Positions 37,765 through 45,970 of a DNA stretch of 64,000 nucleotides are shown piece by piece. The stretch is taken from assembly GCA_043718025.1 (NCBI GenBank), contig JAYSWN010000069.1, positions 1 through 64,000 on the forward strand. Direction: 5' to 3'. The notes under the pieces are model-generated. The model was not told where the DNA came from, did not search any database, and was given only the letters and a program-made list of their open reading frames with translations. How positions within the stretch are numbered: position 1 is the first letter of the stretch; each line of letters starts with the position of its first letter. The translations under genes and the position numbers were made by a program. The DNA is from Pseudomonadota bacterium (GTDB lineage: Bacteria > Bdellovibrionota > FAC87 > UBA2466).

Positions 37765-39009
37765 ATGATGAAGGGAAAAAACCTTTTCGTTTTTGCCGCC
37801 CTCTTTAGTTCACTTTCGTTTGCCGAAACCAATTGGACCGGTGGGGTTCGGCCCGGGGGAAACGGTTTTTATCTCTCTGCCCCTGACCAAGGCTTCAATT
37901 TAAATTTTTTGGGCTACGGTCAATTCGTTGGCACCGTTCTCGATGAAAAATACAACTCGGTTCGCAGCGATACCCCTTTTGGATTCAACATTCGCCGCGC
38001 CCGCCTCACCACGTTAGCCACCGTTCAGCGTAACGCGGAATTCATGATCGAAATGGGAACGCCAACCATGCGTCCCATTCCCCTCGCCACCAATTTCCCT
38101 TCGAGCGCGGCGGCGGTGGCGGCGGGCACCGTAGATCCCACCACGCTCACTCACGCCGCCAGCCATAGCGCCACCGATTTTGGTCTGGTGGAAGCGCGCG
38201 TGTCGCTAAACCTTTTCGAAGATTGGCTACAGCTGCGCATTGGTAAATTTACGGGGCCGTTCTCGCGCGAAAACTCTCGCTCTTCGCGCCAGCTCGACTT
38301 TATTGAACGCTCAAACGTAATGAGCTCAATGCTGCTCTCCCCCGCGCTCGACACGCAAATCGGCGCCATGCTGTTTGGCCGGTTTGCCGACGGCATCTTA
38401 AATTATTATTTTGGCGTTTTTAACGGCAATAGTGACTCGATCGGCACACTGGGCGACAACGACGGCGGCAAAGAGATTCAATTGAAACTTGAAATCCACC
38501 CGCACAAAAATTTTATGGTGGGGTTGGGCTGGGACACCGATTACGTCAGCAAAGCCCGCCCGCTTTCCTTGGTGGATCACGCCTTAACCCCGGTGGTCTC
38601 TTCCGCCGTGGCCGGACGCCGTCACGGCTTTTCGCTCGACTGGGATTGGCTCTATAACTTCTTTAGCTGGAAATCTGAATTTCTCTACTTCTCGTTTCCT
38701 GACAATACTGGCACCGCAAACTATGCACGTTTTCTCATCGGCGGTTTTACTCAAATCGGATTTCAAGTGGCGGGGGATACTAACAGCGGGCTGCAAATCT
38801 TGTTGCGCTATGAGTACGCCAAGTTACTGACGACGCAAAATTACGATCTCCACTCAGGAATTTTGGGTTTCAACATTTTCATCAATTCCAATCTGACCAA
38901 TACCATCAATTACATTCTTGAATACGGCGGTAACAACGTCGGCTCGGGCCACTACGCCCAAAACGGCTACCACCACGCCTTCATGAATCAGCTGCAAGTT
39001 AAGTTCTAA
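37765..39009 (+). CDS. OprO/OprP-family (phosphate-selective-like) porin
   Basis: Signal peptide; FNIRRARL, LRIGKFTGPFSRE, LDFIERS, YYFGVFNG; C-terminal QLQVKF. Confidence 0.8.
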   Translation: MMKGKNLFVFAALFSSLSFAETNWTGGVRPGGNGFYLSAPDQGFNLNFLGYGQFVGTVLDEKYNSVRSDTPFGFNIRRARLTTLATVQRNAEFMIEMGTPTMRPIPLATNFPSSAAAVAAGTVDPTTLTHAASHSATDFGLVEARVSLNLFEDWLQLRIGKFTGPFSRENSRSSRQLDFIERSNVMSSMLLSPALDTQIGAMLFGRFADGILNYYFGVFNGNSDSIGTLGDNDGGKEIQLKLEIHPHKNFMVGLGWDTDYVSKARPLSLVDHALTPVVSSAVAGRRHGFSLDWDWLYNFFSWKSEFLYFSFPDNTGTANYARFLIGGFTQIGFQVAGDTNSGLQILLRYEYAKLLTTQNYDLHSGILGFNIFINSNLTNTINYILEYGGNNVGSGHYAQNGYHHAFMNQLQVKF

Positions 39010-39093
39010 GGCGGGGTTCAAGAGGACGGTACAAAGCAAAGAGAAATTATCACCCCGTTGCCACGTGCCTAAGTTTCCGCTCTAATTCACGGC

Positions 39094-40056
39094 ATGCAAA
39101 ATAGAGATCCGTTTCACTGGCGTTATCCCGAAATAGAGCCCTACCGAACCGGTATGTTAAAAGTGTCTCCGCTGCACGAACTTTATTTTGAAGAATCGGG
39201 CAATCCTAAGGGAAAACCCGCACTTTTCGTCCACGGCGGACCCGGCGGCGGCACCGACGCCAAGCACCGCACTTTTTTTGACCCTAAAAAATACCGAATC
39301 ATTCTCTTTGATCAGCGCGGCTGCGGAAAGAGCAAGCCTTTCGCCAGCCTCGAAGACAACACCACCTGGCATCTGGTGCAAGACATGGAAACGCTACGCC
39401 AGCATCTGAGGATTGAAAAATGGCAGGTTTTTGGGGGCAGCTGGGGCAGCACTCTGGCGTTGGCCTACGCCGAAACTCACCCCGAGCGCGTGACCGAGCT
39501 AGTTCTACGCGGCATCTTTTTACTCCGAAAAAAGGAGATCGATTGGTTTTATCAGGGCGGGGCTAATGAGATCTACCCTGACGCCTGGGAACCTTACTGG
39601 GACCATATCCCCGAAAACGAACGGCACGATATGGTGGCGGCGTACTACAAGCGGCTCACTTGCCCCGAAAAAAGCGTGCAGCTAGAGGCCGCAAAGGCTT
39701 GGAGTGTCTGGGAGGGGTCTACCAGCCGCCTCTTTCCCGATACCGAAATGATGACCGACTACGGCGCCGACGATTTTGCCACCGCCTTTGCCCGGATCGA
39801 ATGCCATTATTTCACCCACCGGGGGTTTTTCGAGCATGAAGATCATCTACTTAATCATGTGAGTAAAATTCGACACATCCCCGCCGTCATCGTACAGGGG
39901 CGGTATGACGTGGTTTGCCCTATGGACAGCGCCTGGGCGTTACACAAAGTTTGGCCCGAATCTGAGCTGATTGTGGTGCCCGATGCCGGCCATTCGGCCT
40001 ATGAAAACGGCAACTCGCGGGCCCTGGTCGCGGCCACCGATCGCTACGCGCACTAG
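39094..40056 (+). CDS. pip: proline iminopeptidase
   Basis: HGGPGGG, FDQRGCGKS, FGGSWGSTL, LRGIF, ARIECHYF, QGRYD, AGHS. Confidence 0.95.
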   Translation: MQNRDPFHWRYPEIEPYRTGMLKVSPLHELYFEESGNPKGKPALFVHGGPGGGTDAKHRTFFDPKKYRIILFDQRGCGKSKPFASLEDNTTWHLVQDMETLRQHLRIEKWQVFGGSWGSTLALAYAETHPERVTELVLRGIFLLRKKEIDWFYQGGANEIYPDAWEPYWDHIPENERHDMVAAYYKRLTCPEKSVQLEAAKAWSVWEGSTSRLFPDTEMMTDYGADDFATAFARIECHYFTHRGFFEHEDHLLNHVSKIRHIPAVIVQGRYDVVCPMDSAWALHKVWPESELIVVPDAGHSAYENGNSRALVAATDRYAH

Positions 40057-40148
40057 CGACAATCGGCAGCAAGTTGGTCATTACCGAAAAAAATCATGGA
40101 ATTAGTGACATTTATTGGCTAAAACATTCTCTTTAAAGAGGAGACCTA

Positions 40149-40349
40149 GTGGGAGAATACAGAGTCGGCGTAAGGGTTCGAGATGGTGAGCCCTTTGATA
40201 TCGCCTTGAGAAGATTCAAAAAAGACTGCGAGAAGGCCGGCATTCTCTCGGACATTCGTAAGCATGAGAATTACGAAAAACCTTCTGTCCGCAAAAAGAA
40301 AAAGTCGATCGCCGCCCGCAAACGGGCCCTTAAAAAGCGCGAAAGATAG
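40149..40349 (+). CDS. rpsU: 30S ribosomal protein S21
   Basis: [43 protein letters not shown] start. Confidence 0.95.
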   Translation: MGEYRVGVRVRDGEPFDIALRRFKKDCEKAGILSDIRKHENYEKPSVRKKKKSIAARKRALKKRER

Positions 40350-40379
40350 AATCTTAGCCACCAAAATATAAATTTAATT

Positions 40380-40416
40380 GGCCAAGCCCGTCATCGGAGC
40401 TTGGCCTTTTTATTTT
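40380..40416 (+). terminator. intrinsic terminator of rpsU
   Basis: GGCCAAGC-N11-GCTTGGCC followed by TTTTTATTTT. Confidence 0.75.
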
Positions 40417-40420
40417 CTAT

Positions 40421-40472
40421 CCCGTCATGAGACCAAGGATTGCCGCGCCACTTCGTGGCTCGCAAGGACGGG
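40421..40472. repeat. REP-like palindromic remnant
   Basis: cccgtc...gacggg ends; gattgccgcgccacttcgtggctcgcaaggac resembles the GATTGC...CTCGCAATGAC arm of widespread palindromic elements. Confidence 0.45.
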
Positions 40473-40675
40473 TGGGGCGCGTACCGCCAACTTTTAAGGG
40501 AAAGAGCCGAAGTAGTGTCGATTCTCCTTTCAAGGACCATCGTATGACGACAGTCGGTGGCGCGAATCGGTAAGTGCCTGATAATTATATATTATTTTGT
40601 GCACGTGCGGGTGAAGACAAGAAAGCGAGTCTGTGTCTACATCAGCCTAAGTTCTTCAATTCAGCTAAAAAAACC

Positions 40676-40690
40676 GGGCATGCCTCCTGC
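40676..40690 (+). promoter_or_regulatory. candidate sigma54 promoter
   Basis: GGGCATGCCTCCTGC (GG-N10-GC), upstream of 40727. Confidence 0.4.
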
Positions 40691-40726
40691 ACTAACTAAG
40701 CTCGCTAGTGTTCTCGGGGGGGATCC

Positions 40727-41395
40727 ATGCCAAGTCTTAGGCTCACGTTATTCGTTATTTCATTTCTACATTCCGCCGTCGTTTTTTCGGAAACCAGCCC
40801 AATCCACGCGGCCTTTGGTCCAATCAACCGCCTGGCACGCGTCACCGAATGCGTAAACGATGAAAAAGAGTACACAAACCTTAGGGTGGGACCGCGCGCC
40901 GATTTGCTTAATGAATTGGTGGAAACCTTAGAAACAGAATTTAACCTTCTTCGCAAAATGGCTGATCCTAAAATATCCGACGAAAAAATTGCCCAAGGGA
41001 TCATCGATAGTAGCCCTGAGACTTTTTATTTAATTTTTCGGAATCGGCTTTCCTTCAAAGAAACCGAAGAGCTTTTCAAGCGTTGGAACGACAAGTTCTT
41101 GCACGGGGCCTCGAAAACCTCGTTAGGCAAAGCTGATTTCAAACGAAATTTGGCCCAGGCTTTCACCAACACTTACGAATTTCCTTTTCTAATCGACAAG
41201 GTGGCGCGCTTTAAAAAGGCATTACTGGATGAGAGTGCCATACGCGAACAGATGATTCGCAATCGCATCAACGGCGAAAATATCGACATCAAAAAGATCG
41301 AACTTTCGATTACAAAATCCGAAAACCTGCAGCGGGATTTAAATGATTTTAAAAATAACAGCGCGGTTAGCGCTTGGCTCGAAAGAAAAAAATAA
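40727..41395 (+). CDS. hypothetical secreted helical protein
   Basis: Signal peptide (VFS|ET); G-rich SD. Confidence 0.65.
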   Translation: MPSLRLTLFVISFLHSAVVFSETSPIHAAFGPINRLARVTECVNDEKEYTNLRVGPRADLLNELVETLETEFNLLRKMADPKISDEKIAQGIIDSSPETFYLIFRNRLSFKETEELFKRWNDKFLHGASKTSLGKADFKRNLAQAFTNTYEFPFLIDKVARFKKALLDESAIREQMIRNRINGENIDIKKIELSITKSENLQRDLNDFKNNSAVSAWLERKK

Positions 41396-41396
41396 A

Positions 41397-42287
41397 CTAG
41401 CGCCGTTTTCGGTAGGCTTCAGCCGACAACCGGGTAATTCGATCGGCCAGGTAAAAACCCACCCCAACCCAGATAAGGGTAAAAGCAAGTAGCCGTGTGT
41501 TGTCTAAAGGCTCTTGATAAACCAAGTAGCCCACTAAGAACTGTAACGTTGGCGCCACAAACTGCATCATCCCCAACAAACTGTAAGGTAGAGACTGCGC
41601 GGCCACCGAAAATAGATAAAGTGGTAACCCGGTAACCACTCCGGAGCCAATCAGCAACGCCACGTAGTAGGGGGTTAAGGCCACGTCGCTATGCGAACGC
41701 AAATAAATTGCCGCAATCAGCGCCGGCACCACGCCCGCCGCCCCTTCCATCGCCGATCCTAAGCTTGGTTCCACGGCGATCACTTTTTTAACCACGCCAT
41801 AAGCGCAAAACGAAGACGCCAGGGTCAGGGCAATCCACGGAAATTGGCTCGCCATGCCGATCTGAATCAAGATACCCGCCGCCGCAAAGGTGAGCGCCAG
41901 TTTCAGTGGCCAAGGAAACGATTCTTTAAAAAAGATCACTCCTACCGCCACGCTCATCAACGGGTTTAAAAAATAGGCGAGACTGGTTTCCAGTACCCTC
42001 CCCGAATTCACGCCGTAGATATAAATGCCCCAGTTCATGGCAATGAGTGCCGCCGCCAGAATCGATAGGCGAATTTGTCGGGTGGTTAGGGGTAGTCGAG
42101 CCGTTCCCCGCCGGTAGCGCACGTAAAGATAAACGAAGCTGTAAAAAACAAACGACCAGAGCACCCGGTGGGCCAAAATCTCAACCGCCGGCAAGGCCTT
42201 AAGCAACTTCCAGTAAATGGGAAAGAAGCCCCATAGAAAATAAGAGGTTAAAGCAATATAGACGGCGCGATTTGACGTAGGGTTCAT
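41397..42287 (-). CDS. rarD: EamA-family transporter RarD
   Basis: YFLWGFFPIYWK, EILAHRVLWS, NWGIYIY, SLAYFLNPL, QFVAPTLQF. Confidence 0.9.
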   Translation of the reverse strand: MNPTSNRAVYIALTSYFLWGFFPIYWKLLKALPAVEILAHRVLWSFVFYSFVYLYVRYRRGTARLPLTTRQIRLSILAAALIAMNWGIYIYGVNSGRVLETSLAYFLNPLMSVAVGVIFFKESFPWPLKLALTFAAAGILIQIGMASQFPWIALTLASSFCAYGVVKKVIAVEPSLGSAMEGAAGVVPALIAAIYLRSHSDVALTPYYVALLIGSGVVTGLPLYLFSVAAQSLPYSLLGMMQFVAPTLQFLVGYLVYQEPLDNTRLLAFTLIWVGVGFYLADRITRLSAEAYRKRR

Positions 42288-42415
42288 TGAAAGTGCTGCC
42301 GAACGTAGTCGAGTCACTAAACGCGATCAACTGGGAAGTACAAAAGCCAACATCAATCATTGCTTAGCCGCATCCCCGGGTAGACGCCCCCCTTTTCCGA
42401 CACTACACTGCCAAG

Positions 42416-43732
42416 GTGGCCAAAAAGATTCCCACCACTATTTTAGGCCGAACGGCCAGTCTGCTCGGTAGCGCCAGTAAAATCGTAGGGCGCGAAATTG
42501 CCGCGACCATTTCCGAAACATTTAAAGATCGCCCCGAGTTCAAAAAGGCGCAAACCCGGGTAAAGCAGGCCCAAGACTTGGTCGAAAGCTTGTCCCACCT
42601 AAAAGGCGCGGCCATGAAGGTGGGCCAGCTGCTTAGTCTTGAAATGAGCGACCTGCTTCCCCCCGACGTGGTGGAAGTGCTGCGCACGCTACACGACAAC
42701 GCCACTTTCCTACCGGCGCCCGAAGTGGTCAAAATTTTAAGGCGCGAACTGGGCCCCGAAAAATTAAAGCACATCAAAAACCTGAGCCCCGAACCCATTG
42801 CCGCTGCAAGCATCGGGCAAGTTCACCGCGCCCAGATCCACGGGCAAGAGGTGGTGTTGAAGGTGCAGTACCCTGGGGTGGCCGAGAGCATCGACACCGA
42901 CATTGCGATGCTAAAAAAGCTGATTAACAGCATTCTCACGCTGCGGGGTCGTAAAATTTCGTTCGATTCCGTCTTTGCGGAATTGGCCGAAGGGTTAAAG
43001 ATTGAAACCGATTACGGGCAAGAGGCCGACGCCATTGGCAAGTACGCGTCGGTTTTTGCCGATTACCCGCAGTACATCATTCCCAAAACGGTGCCCGACT
43101 TTTGCACCAAAAAAGTTTTAACCCTGTCTTACGAAGAGGGCGATAAGCTTAATCTGTGGATCAAGCGACCGTGGGGCGACGCGGTTAAAGACCGCTTTGC
43201 GGGGCGCGTTTTAGATCTATTGCTACACGAGTTTTTTACCTTCGGCCTGGTTCAAACCGACCCCAATTATGGCAACTTTTTGGTGCGCGACGACGGCGAC
43301 AAGTTAGTGCTGCTCGACTTTGGCGCCGTTCGCGAATACCCGCAAAAATTCAGAACCGATCTGTATTCTCTGTTGGCCTGCGCGATCACCTGCGATCGTG
43401 ATAAAATTTCGGCGAGGGCGATTGAATTGGGCTTTTTGGATCCGCGCGAATCCGTAGCCACCAAAGATCTGTTTTTCACCTTGATGGAACTCATCGCCTC
43501 GATGTTTAAAGACGAAAATCAGCCTTTTTCTTTTGCGAGCGAAGTGTATTTAAAGAATATTCGCGAAACCTCAATGGAATTTGCCAACCAAGTTCAATTC
43601 ACCAGCCCGGCCCACCAGATCATTTTCTTAAATCGAAAATTGGGCGGCATGTACCACCTGCTTAAAGACGCCAACTGCAAAGTAGATCTGTCTCGTTATT
43701 GGAAATCGCTTAAAACGGATCAACCAACATAA
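42416..43732 (+). CDS. ABC1/UbiB-family atypical kinase (COQ8-like)
   Basis: KGAAMKVGQ, AAASIGQVHRA, KVQYPG, QTDPNYGNF, LLDFG. Confidence 0.92.
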   Translation: MAKKIPTTILGRTASLLGSASKIVGREIAATISETFKDRPEFKKAQTRVKQAQDLVESLSHLKGAAMKVGQLLSLEMSDLLPPDVVEVLRTLHDNATFLPAPEVVKILRRELGPEKLKHIKNLSPEPIAAASIGQVHRAQIHGQEVVLKVQYPGVAESIDTDIAMLKKLINSILTLRGRKISFDSVFAELAEGLKIETDYGQEADAIGKYASVFADYPQYIIPKTVPDFCTKKVLTLSYEEGDKLNLWIKRPWGDAVKDRFAGRVLDLLLHEFFTFGLVQTDPNYGNFLVRDDGDKLVLLDFGAVREYPQKFRTDLYSLLACAITCDRDKISARAIELGFLDPRESVATKDLFFTLMELIASMFKDENQPFSFASEVYLKNIRETSMEFANQVQFTSPAHQIIFLNRKLGGMYHLLKDANCKVDLSRYWKSLKTDQPT

Positions 43733-44468
43733 AGCGGCCGGTTTGCGGATCGTAAATGGTATTAGCGTGGCCCGCGATGTCGAGCGGCCCGGTACCGTTG
43801 GGCAAAGTGATTTGGAAAGTTTTAAGGGTAGGATGGTTCAACTCTTTGGCCGCGGTCTCGACCTTCATCCCGGCAGCACGCAAATCACCCACAAAAACCG
43901 CCACCCGTTGATTGTACTGCGCAACCAGCGCAGCATACTTTACGGCGTCTTGCCCCTTCATAAAATCTAGCACGTCAATTAGGGCAAAGCCTTTGAAGTC
44001 GGCCAACTTAACCGTGAGATTTTTTTGATCTACTTTGCCGATCTTAATCACCTCTATGGTCTCGGTAGCTTGGTGACCGGAGACCTCGTGGCCGGTGGCT
44101 TTGGCGAACCACTCCAAATAGTGAAGATCGCGTTGGTACTTTTGCGCGAGTTCAGTGGTGTTAGGAGTGTGTTCGGTGCTTACGTAACGCTTAAAAACAT
44201 AAGCGGCCCCGCTCGGCAGCGTGATGCGAAATACCATCGCGGTACTTCCCGAACCCAGTCGGGTCACTTTGCTTCCTTCTTTAAGTTTCAATCCGGTGAG
44301 GCCGTATTCCGAAAATTGCGCTGGATCCACCGCAACCCCCTTGTGATAGAGCCCTCGCCCCCAGACCGTCAGCTCGGGGTAGATTTCTACACAGGGGACA
44401 ACCTGCCGCTTGGCGTAAATGGGCACGGCCAGAACAACCAGAAGGCTAAATAAACAAAGTCGTGTCAC
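43710..44468 (-). CDS. secreted protein with minimal protein-kinase-like motifs
   Basis: Signal peptide; LGSGSTAMVF, YVFKRY, HAN and LVDPF at the extreme C-terminus. Confidence 0.55.
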   Translation of the reverse strand: MTRLCLFSLLVVLAVPIYAKRQVVPCVEIYPELTVWGRGLYHKGVAVDPAQFSEYGLTGLKLKEGSKVTRLGSGSTAMVFRITLPSGAAYVFKRYVSTEHTPNTTELAQKYQRDLHYLEWFAKATGHEVSGHQATETIEVIKIGKVDQKNLTVKLADFKGFALIDVLDFMKGQDAVKYAALVAQYNQRVAVFVGDLRAAGMKVETAAKELNHPTLKTFQITLPNGTGPLDIAGHANTIYDPQTGRFMLVDPF

Positions 44469-44506
44469 CGCAATGATTTTAGCAAATTCAGTGCTACGTT
44501 GTCCGA

Positions 44507-44812
44507 ATGAGTGATGAGTTCAATCAGCTTACCGACGACGAAGGGCATGCATTAAATAGCCGCCCGCAAAGGCAAAAGCCGACCCCAATCGAAGAAAATG
44601 GGGTGGAGGTGCCCTGGGAACAGTTGGATCCAGAAACCCTGGTACAGCTAATTAAAGGCTTCATTCTGCGCGAAGGCACCGATTACGGCGTACACGAAGC
44701 CCAGCTAACAAGCAAAATCGAACAAATTCAAAACCAGTTAAAACGCGGTGAAGTGAAATTTGTTTTTGACCTCACCACCGAAACGGGTTCGTTTGTTTCT
44801 AAAAAGCGCTAG
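44507..44812 (+). CDS. YheU (UPF0270) family protein
   Basis: VPWEQLDPETL..LI..FILREGTDYG. Confidence 0.85.
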   Translation: MSDEFNQLTDDEGHALNSRPQRQKPTPIEENGVEVPWEQLDPETLVQLIKGFILREGTDYGVHEAQLTSKIEQIQNQLKRGEVKFVFDLTTETGSFVSKKR

Positions 44813-44813
44813 C

Positions 44814-45899
44814 TCACTTGCGCAGATCATTAATTCGTAAAATTTGAATGCCGTGGACAGAAGGTAGCAAAAGACAGAGGCGCAGGTAGTTGGCAAGCGG
44901 CACGGCTTTGGTCTTAAGGCCGCCGGATAGGCTGACGTGAATAAAGTAAGGCGTTCCCCTTTTGCGAAACACCAACCCCTGATGCGAGATCAATAATCGC
45001 GTACCGGGAATACTGTAGTTGGGGCGAACAAAATTGACTAAAGCGCCCGACGGAATCTCCTTTAAAAAACGTTCGTCTACTTGGGCATCTATGATCAAGT
45101 AGTTTAGCTTAGCATCCAAAATGGCTTTGTGAATTGAGTCATGACGCTTGGCCTGCTCTTCGGCGGAGGTGGCGGGCGGCGTGGTGTCTTCAAGGTGCTT
45201 TTTTTGCACTTCCTCTTCTTGGATTCGACGATTGAGTTCAGCTTCGGGCACCTCCCTTTTGTTGATTAGCCGATCAAAGGGAATGAATTTTAAAGAGACG
45301 GGCTGTGGAGGCAATCGCGCCGCCTCTTTCTGGAGCTCGGCATAGCGCTCGTTCCTAAGGGTGGAGTCTGCGCCAAATAAACGAACCACATCAAGAGGCA
45401 ACTTTCCCACCCACTCTTTTTTTGTCTCTAACGCCGAGGCATCTCTAGTGCCCAAGGGACCGGCAAGCCCTTCGGTAATATCGGTCAAAAAGCCATTACG
45501 CGAGTTATTGGGAACCCAGTCGCCGCACGGCAAGTGGTTACGACTCAAGAAATCAATTTTTCCATTTTTATACCGGATCTTTCTCATCCACGATGGAAAC
45601 TCTTTGGCAGTGCGCGAGTGGGCAAGTGAGATCAAGGTTTCCACCAGCGTAGTGCAATCGAAACCATCGAAGCGAAAAAGTGGCCCCTGGTCAATTCGCC
45701 CGTCCGCGCCCTCGCCAAGTGGCTTAACCATGAATGGCGTGCCCAAAAACTTTTCGGCAAATGCCTCCAGACGTTCGGTAAAACCGGTCACCTTAACGCT
45801 TCGCAGTAGATCCTCAACGTTATCCGACGCCCTGGTTGGCGCGTCTGCGCCCCACGCAAAGAATGAGGCAAAAACGGTTAGAATGAAGGCGTACGACAT
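44814..45899 (-). CDS. DUF1460 N-acetylmuramoyl-L-alanine amidase-like (NlpC/P60 fold) protein
   Basis: Signal peptide; FLGTPF..PLGEG, FDCTTLVET, IRY, RNH, SHQG, FIH. Confidence 0.82.
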   Translation of the reverse strand: MSYAFILTVFASFFAWGADAPTRASDNVEDLLRSVKVTGFTERLEAFAEKFLGTPFMVKPLGEGADGRIDQGPLFRFDGFDCTTLVETLISLAHSRTAKEFPSWMRKIRYKNGKIDFLSRNHLPCGDWVPNNSRNGFLTDITEGLAGPLGTRDASALETKKEWVGKLPLDVVRLFGADSTLRNERYAELQKEAARLPPQPVSLKFIPFDRLINKREVPEAELNRRIQEEEVQKKHLEDTTPPATSAEEQAKRHDSIHKAILDAKLNYLIIDAQVDERFLKEIPSGALVNFVRPNYSIPGTRLLISHQGLVFRKRGTPYFIHVSLSGGLKTKAVPLANYLRLCLLLPSVHGIQILRINDLRK

Positions 45900-45970
45900 C
45901 TCTAACTCTTCGGCTTATACGCTTTATTGGCTTCGCCGTTTTCTTAGCTAAGTGGTAAATCACAGTTTCT

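Noticed and set aside
40557..40856. 99-aa ORF upstream of and overlapping 40727
   Set aside because: No motif or SD, and it overlaps a better-supported ORF; treated as a shadow ORF, like the other antisense ORFs in the track
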